DNA of 64,000 nucleotides from Amoeboaphelidium occidentale. Lineage: Eukaryota. This document shows, one piece after another, positions 11,301 through 20,870 of the stretch. Below the pieces are notes generated by a model, which saw only the letters and a program-made list of their open reading frames with translations, was not told the origin of the DNA and made no database searches. The translations under genes and the position numbers were made by a program. The DNA lies in assembly GCA_023515795.1 (NCBI GenBank), contig JALGPX010000040.1, forward strand, positions 1 through 64,000, written 5' to 3'. Positions within the stretch are counted from its first letter, which is position 1, and each line of letters opens with the position of its first letter.

Positions 11301-13006
11301 ACACTGGATTTTTTGACGGATTGATAAAGCTATTTGATGCCTTTAGCAAGAATCGCGTGAGATCGAAAGAAGAATTTATTAAGCAGCTTCTGCTTCTTAT
11401 CAACGGTGGGAGCAACTCAGCTCAGTTCTTGCAAACAGTCACTTTTTGCCTTTCGTTCTTGACGAATACGAGAGAGAAGTTTAAGGAAAACGTTATCAAG
11501 ATACTGAAGACTTATGCAGGTCTAATTGCACCATCTCTGAAAAACAACACGGAAGAAAAGCTTAATCTGCCATACAACTTGTTTGTGCCTGTACTTCAGC
11601 TGCTCAAATTGGACAATGATGAAAGTAATATGAATATTTGTCATACTGGCCTGGATATACTCGACGATTTGATTGCTGTGAGCGACAACAAGAATGATAG
11701 TTCAGTCAAACTGCTAATGAGTAGCAAATTGCTAAACAAATTGAAACAGGAGCTCGCTGATGAACTTGTTGAAGACGCGATTTTCAGCAAAATCAATGTG
11801 AACCCTTTTGAATGGAATGAATACTATATGAGAAATCTAAGAGAAATTTTGGGTGAGATGCTTCAAGATTTCGTTTTTAGAATTAAGAAAAATGGTCAGT
11901 GGTCAAAGAAGAAGCAAAATGTGCCACTTAATCAGGAAGAAGACACCATGAACGCATTTCAGGGTATGAGTAGCTCTCATTACTTTCTTGATGAGGTTAT
12001 GCAAGAGCTCGATGAACTTGAGGATTATTTTGAAGTTGATGACGTGAGTGAGCAAGCAAACTTATTAACTGAAAACGGATCGTTATCTTCTGATTCTATT
12101 GAGATGTTTGATGATACTCTTGGAAACCATGAGGAAGTTTATGAGAGCGAAGAGTCGGATGAAGAGCATAATGGAGAAGCTTTTCAATTTGAGAAGCTCA
12201 TACGACCAACTGAGGAAACTGTAGAAGAAGAAGATAGTCGAGGATTGAAAGAGTCTATTGGAGATGTGGAAAATGTCATGAAAATGTTGCCTTCACCAGT
12301 TATGGATGATTCTCTTGAAAAGTCTGAAGAGAAAGATGTTGTCGCATCTAATTTCAAATTGATGTCGATTCTTAGAAAGCTTTATAATCTTATGAGAAAG
12401 ACTTTGATGAAAGGAACCTCAGACTGGCTTGCAGAGAGCATTGTAAGGCTTATCAAAGTCGTCAAGAAGTGCATCTCTTGGTTAGATCAAATCGAACAAA
12501 AGGACATCACTACATCTGACGTAAATTATACGTTAGACACTTTGGAGTCTCTTTTCAATGACATTGAGATCTTCATTTCCAACCACATATCCGACGCCAA
12601 ACATTCCCGTTCAAAGAGTGCAAGTGGCAGTTACAATCAAGCCACACCTTCAAAGCAACCAGTTACCCGACTCAGATCAAAATCATCAGATGACACACCT
12701 TTGGGTCTTCTCAGGAAAGTTGAGTACAAACAGTCAGTAATCAATTTCCTAGAAAATTGTGCCTTGATATTCTCGAATCTTTGCAGTGATGTTTCTTTAT
12801 CAAAGGAAATAGCATTTTTACTGATGGATGAGTGTAGAATCTCAGCACTGGAAATCGATGAGATTGTGGCATCAATGAATCTCTTGCAGAAAGAAGAGGC
12901 AACTACAGCTGAAAATGTATCGCGAGAAGACACAGAAAGCGCGACGGCGTTCTTATTGGATATGTTAAGTGGAGATGCTTCGCCGGAAAAACGTAGTATA
13001 GAGTGA
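5354..13006 (+). CDS. TAO3: Furry/Tao3/Mor2 cell-morphogenesis scaffold (HEAT/ARM repeats, about 2550 aa, intronless)
   Basis: MOR2-PAG1 family motifs: VIDAVMLWRKSKS, ANFIMCRCLLEI, LFAELLGHLS.IRF.SV..RY, EEWCGYG, WATSCPVRHVACRSLQLF. First ATG at 5354; the ORF track starts at an upstream TTG. Confidence 0.93.
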   Translation: MNRKNTADFSPHSQSLTSTPSPSASPVPRQAKPKTSLTHQKTSSSNKNKQPSEYAIQLIFAEFIKVAETVLARIMTTDIDADIDLSEYLRKGANENFDLILDTLGVVAKHRPRIVIDAVMLWRKSKSDPVDPNEIKDHYKGVITSQKIKELQTNLRERQMLAANFIMCRCLLEIVKRLADNGLPKELGNNLEEMVFGQLKAADPESFNDSANRIRNVDLFAELLGHLSSIRFQSVTERYFRDIENTNAIQKDSKLEVLIRSMRFIHLKIYPQEDLDQTVEFFQELSDSFKDAHSTGIKHAFCESITELLTPLGGLVTAEVNIPVWMKSVDAIFQKAMKMMSKQRNVYVALPLATTMLLISKRDFFLSKWVSVLEMLFSRLKDKTHKQVLMDCVERLIWTYIFRCSEAITVTQKKLDFFIKQMFPPGKKYIIPSEVPFDYFVSIIRYITLRHLDYSIKNIIFYLFSLDSPLSSYDQLSPERVMIALKVFAAILDSEENEVPKFPWAGLRCPAGDSASDEEKQSKEAKAKKGPTLERKLKDAVEKISSFLGKVIRVLDNQFGSVLLVDEKMFGRFSTLSFASTISATAGTAYSNTMSDISSILSKDKQPYYDLMKTWMQLYPRLEPTDIGEREVVELLCKYILHADPDISAEAQNALLRFQEKYPKKQSILLQCLSSILLSVSDKFPELVERMIVFYVQVSTNWIYSAKNTKATAKNDEEWECMLLGENYKTISGSSVESSNASLYLWSRLQEFESIGLLFLLSSLPSIRKLAIGILRLSEEMYTFFISSKTGRTNDTCLFTVLKRIGRKVLSHNLEDYTNVLSVYLDRQDDPDFIENVASSSSASDQHVWSKIFPYVLTELFATCASTMDTTFGMVSPRFLGLHPHVLAASDPNKTQNNTLTTKWALRQVMPATDEMIEQWKSYLAFICCSIVNSDPAWKKNQKKRIITPTGGGILTSTLLSSGGSSPIPPNATLSSNNQTNAATNSGVDFSSLSFISTASSSSSNGNNSRISCAQEIIQMVLPLLSSDKQNIRQAVVVALGNINKIVFNDLIEELKPGIQQVIEDMRSRYMRGSVRRIKKIERIRAELTQILFISASEYIEFASNGKMRDFLNSNILTFMISFIREMGAFLSDNEVQLEWDHQMLRYYFCGLVQKVYEGMMSVVKDAKVVAEVFPFELRFSIFKLLEEWCGYGIRGSLMREREAKMVVTVLEQVKDVRERGSLTSAMEEQRMALEFAALKSMATLLKGSVFADSSAALEKSPVPGFALPAIFEWIQSIFSGNEEPRLDRIAQVALESLLFYNQGVADIWEDVVSFCYHGLPTLSVTKCYFNAVCEVLIRCITLNPSLLERNDLPRTIVLFLFKLADPLVETRMRAHQLLRYIEKTINNNGTLSRPGEKNTEVALLSPSSTVYKKAQANIARHFATAHNGMLHQIVSQIWFRLKNVENNVVLQDLLNILPPWLENMELKIESSTVVNPSMESQLSSLLLWNLVYFTIRFEQEAPLDIEKIWTTISAKKHNLLQIIHFIFQLGLEKRNGAVFATIGRKIVSFIGRDENTKTSLRDILIAELTPKSMIPIVRKGHDNNGELAATPDLHASSLKKFPNAANYYFVAPLEELIRDTNATSSKKMAVLSKGQLIIMLLVDFTIESGGDVLKMALPVLLHSIFVQLDHFNQLSRDHARLLLRSLVHSLGRIRDPALIERLKKPLVATGQSNIIVNKFPSELEEILKSVLLEFDLDCWNGSSLKSEWSEKAIKWATSCPVRHVACRSLQLFQIMEPKLTVKIMADVLARLSNTISDQNKDVQMFSVEIMKTIRVALDLKLEQNKDEIIDMIVSSIMYSMQSCSKDEFKECCLLLLKCLETLNGSFYELFIHFQRKDDSENAKFVGVQNMLIKGFLWEETETLCLTLFEKMISTNLDKNADRIGYYKFLDNNGNKSRFFRLLLALSPFLLELDGEEQQAKWGSLIKAYLESNFSPADTIHEDTGFFDGLIKLFDAFSKNRVRSKEEFIKQLLLLINGGSNSAQFLQTVTFCLSFLTNTREKFKENVIKILKTYAGLIAPSLKNNTEEKLNLPYNLFVPVLQLLKLDNDESNMNICHTGLDILDDLIAVSDNKNDSSVKLLMSSKLLNKLKQELADELVEDAIFSKINVNPFEWNEYYMRNLREILGEMLQDFVFRIKKNGQWSKKKQNVPLNQEEDTMNAFQGMSSSHYFLDEVMQELDELEDYFEVDDVSEQANLLTENGSLSSDSIEMFDDTLGNHEEVYESEESDEEHNGEAFQFEKLIRPTEETVEEEDSRGLKESIGDVENVMKMLPSPVMDDSLEKSEEKDVVASNFKLMSILRKLYNLMRKTLMKGTSDWLAESIVRLIKVVKKCISWLDQIEQKDITTSDVNYTLDTLESLFNDIEIFISNHISDAKHSRSKSASGSYNQATPSKQPVTRLRSKSSDDTPLGLLRKVEYKQSVINFLENCALIFSNLCSDVSLSKEIAFLLMDECRISALEIDEIVASMNLLQKEEATTAENVSREDTESATAFLLDMLSGDASPEKRSIE

Positions 13007-13020
13007 TATCTTAAAGTAAT

Positions 13021-14478
13021 TTAATTTTCCTTTTTTGAGTGACTCAAGTATGATGTCGAATGAAGAAATTTCTCTAGCTTCTTTTGTAATTCCATGCCAA
13101 CAGACAATAGTTCTTGCACATCAGTTTCTGGGTTAATTCTCTCTGTAATGATCTCAATAATTGTAGTTTCATCTTGTATGAAAGATGATCCTGAATTCCC
13201 GCCGTCAATATCCATAGATGTAGAAGCAGCTGTTGATACATTGCGAATTTCCAACTTCATAAGTCCAGTAGTCTGCAATGAATGCAGCAATGCAGGAATA
13301 TATTCAGGCGAAACAAGCGACGAAAGAAGTCCCATTAACTGTTTAGCGTTGATTTTAACAAAGACACTCAACTTTCTTTTGGCAAGCAATAAAAGTCTTC
13401 GCTTCAGACAAAAGTTAACTAATCCTTGATTTGTATCCTCTTGAAAGACAGTCATATAGTGACTAGCATATGCTTTAACAGCTTCTTGTGGAATAGCAGC
13501 ATCAAGAAACATTGATTTGAACTTTGTGTAAACAGTAAATCTGTTCCCGATTGAAGATACGTTTTGTGCTGCTGATGAATCTTCTGATGCTCTTTGTATT
13601 TCCTTGCACAGAAGCAAATCCAGAAGAGTCGTTTTACTTCTAATATCAAATAACAAAGCCTTGTGCCCTCTGCGGAAATAATCGTAACCTGCAATGCATT
13701 TGCTCAATTGCAAGAACTTGGCGCTCTCATTAAACATGCCAACGTTAAGATAAACTAAGGCCCCATAATAAAAGTACAATGCACACCATAATTCTGGTAA
13801 ATCCTTCCAAAATGAATCCTTCTCCCTGCGCAACACCAAAAGGCCTTGTTCTAAATCACCACAAAGTAAACACAATTTTAGATATTCTACATGAATAGCA
13901 GAAACTGTTTCAGCTGTGCTCTCGTCCATTAATTCAACAAGATGTTTTAACAATGAAGCAGCCATAGTAGGATTATTCAGAACCGAAACGCAAAGGAAAC
14001 TGAAACAATTCGCCAAACCCAAATTAACTCCATTCAGACGAAGCAGTTCGATGTCAGGAACTCTTTGGCGCATAACATTTATCAATTCTTCGACGTGTTG
14101 CGGATTCAAAAGACTTCCAAGCGGAACCGGCGTGCTTTTTTGTTCTGCCGAAGTTGCACCGTCATCAAATTCTTCAGCCGCAAGAGCACCGCTGGGCTGG
14201 ACAACTTTCAAGTCCAAATTTATCCCAGAAGGAGGCTGAACCTTTTGGGACAACGCCGCACCGAATACCGCAAAGTTTAAAGTTGAAATTGTAGAATTAT
14301 CCGAAGCATTCATAACATTCTGATAAACTTGACCAAATAAGTTTCCCACTTTCAAATTAAAATCTTCTCCGCTGTGAAACTCCGCCTGTAATTTTCCCAA
14401 AGCAAAAAGGAACTCATCCGGATTTTCTGTGAACGTTTCAATTTTATTTAACGCCTCTGCTGCTGCTGCGCTGAACAT
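13021..14478 (-). CDS. CSN3: COP9 signalosome subunit 3-like PCI-domain protein (divergent)
   Basis: YFYYGALVYL...ESAKFL and FQEDTNQGLVNFCL...LSVFVKIN resemble the CSN3 YYYGG and 'D.N.GLV.QC' segments. The start codon is uncertain (14478 or a downstream Met). Confidence 0.65.
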   Translation of the reverse strand: MFSAAAAEALNKIETFTENPDEFLFALGKLQAEFHSGEDFNLKVGNLFGQVYQNVMNASDNSTISTLNFAVFGAALSQKVQPPSGINLDLKVVQPSGALAAEEFDDGATSAEQKSTPVPLGSLLNPQHVEELINVMRQRVPDIELLRLNGVNLGLANCFSFLCVSVLNNPTMAASLLKHLVELMDESTAETVSAIHVEYLKLCLLCGDLEQGLLVLRREKDSFWKDLPELWCALYFYYGALVYLNVGMFNESAKFLQLSKCIAGYDYFRRGHKALLFDIRSKTTLLDLLLCKEIQRASEDSSAAQNVSSIGNRFTVYTKFKSMFLDAAIPQEAVKAYASHYMTVFQEDTNQGLVNFCLKRRLLLLAKRKLSVFVKINAKQLMGLLSSLVSPEYIPALLHSLQTTGLMKLEIRNVSTAASTSMDIDGGNSGSSFIQDETTIIEIITERINPETDVQELLSVGMELQKKLEKFLHSTSYLSHSKKEN

Positions 14479-14486
14479 TCCGCAGA

Positions 14487-15619
14487 ATGATTGGAACGGT
14501 CGCAAAACGCATCGACGATTTTAATGACTTCCTTACAGAGCATTCGCACCAAATTAATTCCGTAGAAAGTTTCCTCAGGAGTTTAACTTATATTCTTCCA
14601 GGTTATCTTAGCTCGTAGTTTTAAATGTAAATCTTGTAGGTCGCTTTGAAGATGCTGAGTTTGTGTCGGAGGCTTTGTATGCATGTCTAAATATAACTGG
14701 ATTGTACCATGATGTCATAATACGCCGTAAAAAATTAAAAGAAGCTGGTTCACTGTCTTCTGGTTGGGGTTCAGGCTCTCGTACTTCGCCTATTAATCGC
14801 TACACTTTGGCTTTTCTAAAGAAAGATGGCGCATATTCTACTTTGGCATATGTTCTGGCTGTAATTCAATTCACAGAAGTTTTCGCAGAGTTGCTTTGGC
14901 AGAAGAAGTATGGAAAAGAGTCAAAGTTGAAGTTCGTGTTTGGTGTTGAAGTTGTCAAGTGCGTTTTGCGTCTGGTTTTGTTCAAGCGAACAGGAAATCG
15001 TATGCTTTTGATGTCTTGTCTCCCAGAGCGAGAATCAGGTTCACCCGGTGACTCGTGGCGTGGTGTAAGAGCAGGACACATGGATTCACCTGGAACTGAG
15101 GCTCTTCCGTTTGATCTTGATTCTGTTGGTTCAAAAGATATTGCAGCATATTTAGAACAGAAAGCTCTTGTTTCAACTAAGCGCAGCCCTGAAGATTTGC
15201 TTAATCCTCTTTCAGGCGAAACATTATTCAGTGAATATTTGTTTTTTATCAGGCCTGTTGTTTACTCTTTGCTGCTTCTTAGATCTGCTGATAAAGATAA
15301 ATGGATGCCATGGTTACTATCCTTGTCGATCGATATCATTGGAAGGTTAAGTGGAAAGTCTTTCTTTTCAAAGACATTTCTTCAAGTAAAGAACGCTCAT
15401 ATTCCAACTCCTCTAGAGCTGGACGAGAGAAGGAGAAGACAATGGCTGCTCTTGTTTTATCTGCTGCGTTCACCATTCTATGAGAAGTTCACAAAGAACC
15501 GCATTAAAGAGTTCTGTTACACATTTGGTAAAATCCCGATACTGTCTATATTCGCAAATATAGTCAAGGAATACGTGCCGCTTTGGGAGCAGGTTTATTT
15601 CTACACCTCAGCATCATAA
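14487..15619 (+). CDS. PEX16: Peroxin 16, 2 exons
   Basis: Exon 1 FLTEHSHQINSVESFLRSLTYILPG joins via intron 14602-14639 to RFEDAEFVSE. Later motifs: EYLFFIRPVVY, WMPWL, ELDERRRR..LLLFYLLRSPFYEKFTK and the C-terminal YFYTS. Confidence 0.92.
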
Positions 15620-15637
15620 GACTTTTGCTGCTTACAA

Positions 15638-16501
15638 TTACTTCTCAAGACTGCCACTGACGCGTTCAGCTCTTAAATGGTTCAAAAGAGGCAATAAAGT
15701 TGGAACAGACATTAATGCAGTAAAAATGTACCATGGCTGCACATCATCAGCGTAGAACTTGAGATATTCTTGTTTTGTCAACACGTAAACAACCATCATG
15801 GAAGACGATGAAGCTTTCTGCACATTGTTAGCATTCCCTCCTAAGAAAGTATTTAAGGGCTTACCTGCTTCTCGCCGAATCCATTTTCATATGAAACTTC
15901 AGCTGCGACATCAGGAAATCTTCCGGGCTTCGAAGGTACAAAAATAACTTCATAAGTCGTATTCTTTCCACTATAAAAATAATTAAGCGACAGTTATGCA
16001 GCAGAGATCTACGCTGGAATAACAGCTTCCTTAATACTCAACGAACCAGAAAGTAATTTGAATGATTTGTCTGGCGAGTTAATCTNNNNNNNNNNNNNNN
16101 NNNNNNTAAAAATAATTAAGCGACAGTTATGCAGCAGAGATTTACGCTGGAATAACAGCTTCCTTAATACTCAACGAACCAGAAAGTAATTTGAATGATT
16201 TGTCTGGCGAGTTAATCTTGATTGCGACATCCGAAGCATCTCTACACACGGAACAGGTAAATCATCATCCTCTTAAAATTGTCGCAATTTACTCCTTCCC
16301 GACATTGTACACCCTCAAGACGAAAGTTGCATTACTTCCTGCGACAACATATTCTTCATTAACTGTCTTTGTGACTAACAATCTCGAGCCAACAATTTCG
16401 CCCTCCTGTTGCGGTTGCTGCTGCAGTGGAGGTAAATCGTCTGTCAGAACAACGCCAATAATTAATAAAAGAAGCGATGAAAGTTTTAGTAGGAACTTCA
16501 T
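15638..16501 (-). CDS. SSR2: Translocon-associated protein beta (signal sequence receptor 2)-like; spliced and interrupted by an assembly gap
   Basis: Signal peptide, SRLLVTKTVNEEYVVAGSNATFVLRVYNVGK, an Ig-like segment (N.TYEVIFVP.KPG.F....AEVSY) and a C-terminal TM (WYIFTALMSVPTLLP). Confidence 0.75.
15974..16218. repeat. 112-bp duplication flanking an N-gap (15974-16085 / 16107-16218); assembly artefact
   Basis: Copies differ by one visible substitution (gagatct/gagattt) on either side of N16086-16106. Confidence 0.85.
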
Positions 16502-16758
16502 TGCGATTTGCGAGTGAAAAGATTCTTCTGAAGACAAACTCTGGATCTGTTTCAAGGGAGCGCAAACGAAACTGCTTGAAGGGCGTAACTTTATTGCGCA
16601 TCACTCAGAAGCTTTAAGTTTGAGAGTGTTTGTAATCTTTGGAATATCGTAATGCATATAGCCTTCTTATTTCGAGGCTGATATGCTTTAATCCCAGCCG
16701 CGATCATCAAATCCTTCGGAAACTTAATGAGCATCATATCAATTCATTGAATAACACT

Positions 16759-18360
16759 TCAGTCTATCAAATATCGCTGAAAGAAATTTTTTAAATGCGA
16801 CCATCTGTTTGAGGCCCTCTTCAACCAATGCTGGAAATTATGACTTGTTGTTCTCGTTTTTAATAGTCCTATGAAACTTCCAACTGTTTTTTGGTCGAGA
16901 TTCCTCCATAAGCCTTTCTGTTTTCCATAAAAGTCTGCATCGTTCAGTACCTGCCATGCTGCTTCAATTTTACCGCATCGTGTCAGCGCTTCAATAAAAG
17001 AATTAAAAACATTCAGTTCTAAATGTGGAAAATCGGCAGAGGGCTTCTTAATCTTCTTGTATAATAATTCAACAAAGTCTCCTTTACCGTAAAATCCCAT
17101 GGCGTCCGCACAAATAGATAGAAATGCGCTTGCATTAATACGACCTTTTTTACCAGACCGATAATGCTGAAAAGCATCAATAACTACAGGAATCATAAAA
17201 TGATATTCGTCCACTTTGTACTTTGTAGGATTGCATTTGCTTTTGATTAATTCCTTAGTTGTCATTTCATATGGTTGCCCCTTAGACCATTGATGCCAAA
17301 TATAAAGAACCATGTCGTATCTTTGTGTCATATTCAATAAATTCGTTATACAAGATGCTGAAATAAAGTCAATAGGATCCTTCTGTATTTCTAAAAAGTC
17401 ACTAAGAGCATTTGAGCCGTAATTAAGTTTCACGTCAGCGCTGAGGTTCGATTTCGTGACGATACTCAAGTAAGTACTCAACAAATGAGCTTTTATCTCT
17501 TCAGTAATAGATTTGTTTAAGGTATCAACAGATGCAGCTTTAATTAGACCAAATGTAACTTTAGATCGTCTTTCCAGCGAGATATCGTCTTTCAAAAGCT
17601 TGTTGATTGTATCATACAATCTTACAATATTCTTTGAGAACTCAGAATGATCATTAACTAGTGACAGAACATCTTCCAAGTAATCTGGTTTGCAGTTAAG
17701 TACTAATTCATTTACAAGCGCTGCGCATTCACTCCAACCGATTCCTTCGTTTGAAGTTCTGAGATCAGATATTATGCCGCGTAATATCGCAGGACTAATT
17801 GCATGAGATTCGGATGTCTTAATAATTCGACCAAGTAAGCTTTTCCAGAGGTGCACACGATGCCCTTTTTCTTCAGGGAAATCGAACAAGCGATCATTGT
17901 TCACACCAAACTGGTGCATCAATTCCAAACTTTCGTGAACACGTTCCATTGCAGCATAACTTGTGATCAGATAACAGAGACTTGTTCTCGAGGCCTCATT
18001 TGTTTCGTATGCCTTGTGATAATGCTTCTTGGCAGTAATTAAAGATTCGTTGTTCCCATTTAAAGCATCCTTTGAATGACATATCGACAGAACATCATCA
18101 ATTAAACCATTTCCGTAACGCGCAGGACCGGCTAAACGTGTCGCTTCGATCATAAACTTTGATGTTGCATTAGGGATCAATACCGTTCTATAATCTTGAC
18201 CAAGAACATGGCACCGCATCATTTTCGCCAATAATTGAAACGAGTTCTGATCTCCCTGCCGCACGATATCATTCATTAGACCGTCTCCAAGGGCTTTCAA
18301 TACCGCGCCGTAATTTGTGGATTTGAGTTTAATCAGTTGCTGATTAATTGAAGTTGCCAT
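16759..18360 (-). CDS. Helical-repeat protein with at least one PPR-like motif; possibly mitochondrial RNA-binding
   Basis: Long intronless ORF. LELNVFNSFIEALTRCGKIEAAWQVLND is a canonical PPR-like motif. First ATG at 18360. Confidence 0.55.
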   Translation of the reverse strand: MATSINQQLIKLKSTNYGAVLKALGDGLMNDIVRQGDQNSFQLLAKMMRCHVLGQDYRTVLIPNATSKFMIEATRLAGPARYGNGLIDDVLSICHSKDALNGNNESLITAKKHYHKAYETNEASRTSLCYLITSYAAMERVHESLELMHQFGVNNDRLFDFPEEKGHRVHLWKSLLGRIIKTSESHAISPAILRGIISDLRTSNEGIGWSECAALVNELVLNCKPDYLEDVLSLVNDHSEFSKNIVRLYDTINKLLKDDISLERRSKVTFGLIKAASVDTLNKSITEEIKAHLLSTYLSIVTKSNLSADVKLNYGSNALSDFLEIQKDPIDFISASCITNLLNMTQRYDMVLYIWHQWSKGQPYEMTTKELIKSKCNPTKYKVDEYHFMIPVVIDAFQHYRSGKKGRINASAFLSICADAMGFYGKGDFVELLYKKIKKPSADFPHLELNVFNSFIEALTRCGKIEAAWQVLNDADFYGKQKGLWRNLDQKTVGSFIGLLKTRTTSHNFQHWLKRASNRWSHLKNFFQRYLID

Positions 18361-18402
18361 TTGTGACGACAATTGATTTTGAAAAATCAAAAAGATCGTT
18401 AG

Positions 18403-19425
18403 ATGCTTCCGGAAGGCACTGCGAGTGTAATAAATCCTTCAGGGGAGCGTGTAGATGTGCACCCTATTGCAAAGACTGAGACTGTATTGCCGAAAATTGA
18501 CTCTGTTGCGAAGGATCAGAGGACAGCAACTCTATTTGAACGGATGATACCTGGGATGGTAGGATCGTTTATCTCAAGTTTTCTGGTAAATCCTTTGGAT
18601 GTGGTACGTATACGATTGCAAAGTCAAGGACCTGCTATTTCTGCTGGATATCCGCATTTAAACGGAACTGTGGACGGTCTTTTAAAGATTTATAAGCATG
18701 AAGGTGTGCGAGCTTTATGGGCAGGACTCACTCCGACGCTAACGATGGCTGTACCATCAACTGCTGTGTACATGATCATGTACGAGAACTTTAGGGATTA
18801 TTTTGTGAAACATGGCATACAGTCTGATTTTGCTCCGTTGCTTGCAGGCTCCATCGCTAGAAGTATTGGAACATTTGCTGTTTCACCTATTGAGATGGTT
18901 CGTACCAGAATGCAACAGGGTCAATTGGAAGGCTCTTTAAGACAAGTAACCAGAAGAATGAGCTTAATGGTTCAAACAGAAGGTTATACTTATTTATGGA
19001 AAGGCCTTACTCCGTCTTTATTACGCGATGTGCCATTTTCTGCTCTTTATTGGTATGGTTATGAGAAACTCAAGTCGATACAGCTACGTGAACTTGATCA
19101 TGCTACTGAGAAAACTTGGTTTCAAACCATCAGAATTGCATTCTTGTCCGGAGCCCTTAGTGGAATGTTTGCAGCCTTCTTCACGACGCCTTTTGATGTT
19201 GCTAAGACACGACGTCAAATGGAACTGAATAATCTAATTGACAAAAGTGTTCTAACTTCAGCTGAGCAAAGTACCGTATTTCAGATATTGCGTCACGTGT
19301 ACCGAGTTGAAGGCTATAAAGGATTATTCTCAGGCGCTACGGCGAGAATGGTTAAAGTTGCTCCTGCAAGTGCCATCACAATCTCAGCTTACGAAATCTC
19401 CAAACGTTTCCTGAACATCACCTGA
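18403..19425 (+). CDS. MTM1: Mitochondrial carrier, SLC25A39/40 (Mtm1) subfamily
   Basis: Three PX(D/E)XX(K/R)X(R/K) repeats (PLDVVRIR, PIEMVRTR, PFDVAKTR). GTVDGLLKI...EG.RALW.GLTPTL.MAVP.T..Y and LLRDVPFSALYW are subfamily-type motifs. Confidence 0.88.
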   Translation: MLPEGTASVINPSGERVDVHPIAKTETVLPKIDSVAKDQRTATLFERMIPGMVGSFISSFLVNPLDVVRIRLQSQGPAISAGYPHLNGTVDGLLKIYKHEGVRALWAGLTPTLTMAVPSTAVYMIMYENFRDYFVKHGIQSDFAPLLAGSIARSIGTFAVSPIEMVRTRMQQGQLEGSLRQVTRRMSLMVQTEGYTYLWKGLTPSLLRDVPFSALYWYGYEKLKSIQLRELDHATEKTWFQTIRIAFLSGALSGMFAAFFTTPFDVAKTRRQMELNNLIDKSVLTSAEQSTVFQILRHVYRVEGYKGLFSGATARMVKVAPASAITISAYEISKRFLNIT

Positions 19426-19442
19426 TCACAAACATTCTCACC

Positions 19443-20203
19443 ATGAGAGGTTCTTCAATTACAATGAAAATAAATCTTACTTAGTAGACTCAGATAATGG
19501 ACCACAGAAGGATAGTCATGAGCGCAATGATGTTAATGATAGTGACAAAGATTTGATCAAGAATCATACGGACAACGATATACCAGCGGATAATGCTGTT
19601 CAAGCTCTGCGATATTACATGAAAAGATTCACCAGAGACGCAGTAAAGCATGGATATTCAAATATCAGCCAAATGAGAGATGGATCTAATGAGTCAGGAG
19701 GATCTACCAGCAATGACGACCGAAGCAACAGAGGACTGGAGTATGACCGGGAAGGAAAGAAGGGCTGGGATGAGATGTGCTTTGGATTTTGGGTGAAGAA
19801 TGGAAGGCTGAATGGTCAAGCGAATGTGCCAAAGTGTTACGGCGTTGCAGTAGTAAGAATCTTTGATCCGAAGTTGGACGTTAAGGACCTCAAGATTAAC
19901 GCAGTACCTATCGTTCTCATATTTCAGAGAAAGCTCAAAGAAGATGCCATGAAACGGAATGATCAGAACTCGGTGGAACTGCCACAGCAATCTGTCAAAG
20001 AAGCACCAAAGACTAAAGACAAAGAAACCACATCTTTACTTACCAGACAGTTCACGCTTATGCATAAAATTTACAGCAAAATGACGGATTTGAGTCGACT
20101 AGAGAGCACGATCGACTCCACTTTTTATTACGGTTCCAAAATCCTTATGAATAGCATAAAACAGTTTGACACGATTCGAGAATGGTTCACAAAGGCAAAA
20201 TAG
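19443..20203 (+). CDS. Hypothetical protein, 2 exons
   Basis: A micro-exon ATGAGAG (19443-19449) plus intron 19450-19487 supplies a start to the 19553-20203 ORF. No family recognised. Confidence 0.55.
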
Positions 20204-20233
20204 ATATTTTTAGCACTTTATTCAGCAATTTCG

Positions 20234-20870
20234 ATGGGAAGAAGAAAGATAAAGATCAAGCAGATAGAGAACTTGAGACAGAAGAATATCACCATGAATC
20301 GGAGAAGAGCAGGATTAGTGAAGAAGGCTCACGAACTTTCTGTTCTGTGTGAAGCAAAGGTCCTTGTGGTGGTATTTGATCCCAAGAATGAATGCCATGC
20401 GGTAAGTACAGACCTTCAGCTATCATCTGACTTGTAAGTATTCATCCTATGACCCTCAAATGTTGCTTGATAAGTATTTCGAGAGGCGTCGATCGAACAA
20501 TCCGATCAGGATTAGTACAAGAGACGATTTTGGCGAGGAAGCTGATGATGATAGCAATGAGAGTGTCACTACCGATGTTCCAATATCAAGCCTTCTTAAC
20601 ATGAAGTATGCAAATGAGATGCAGGGCTACTATCCAGGAACCATTTTGCAACCACAACTTCCTTCGATTGAATCATCCAAAGATCTCTTCATCAGTCCTA
20701 TATCACCACGCAGAAGAACCTTATCTGATGATGGCAGCTTGAAACAGTTCGCCAGCTCCACTAGTGAAAGCAAGAACCAAGCGGATCCCATGATGTCTAC
20801 CTATACTTCAAGAGGATTAGATGAGTCATTTGAGAAGTTTCATTTTGATTTCAGCGGCAAGAACATGTGA
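20234..20870 (+). CDS. MADS-box transcription factor (MEF2-like/type II), 2 exons
   Basis: MGRRKIKIKQIEN.RQKNITMNRRRAGLVKKAHELSVLC...VVVF. Intron 20402-20438 joins it to YSSYDPQMLLDKY. Confidence 0.88.

Noticed and set aside
16605..16710. Possible minus-strand box C/D snoRNA (TTGATGA ... CTGA)
   Set aside because: No recognisable antisense guide to rRNA and no terminal stem; such short boxes occur by chance.
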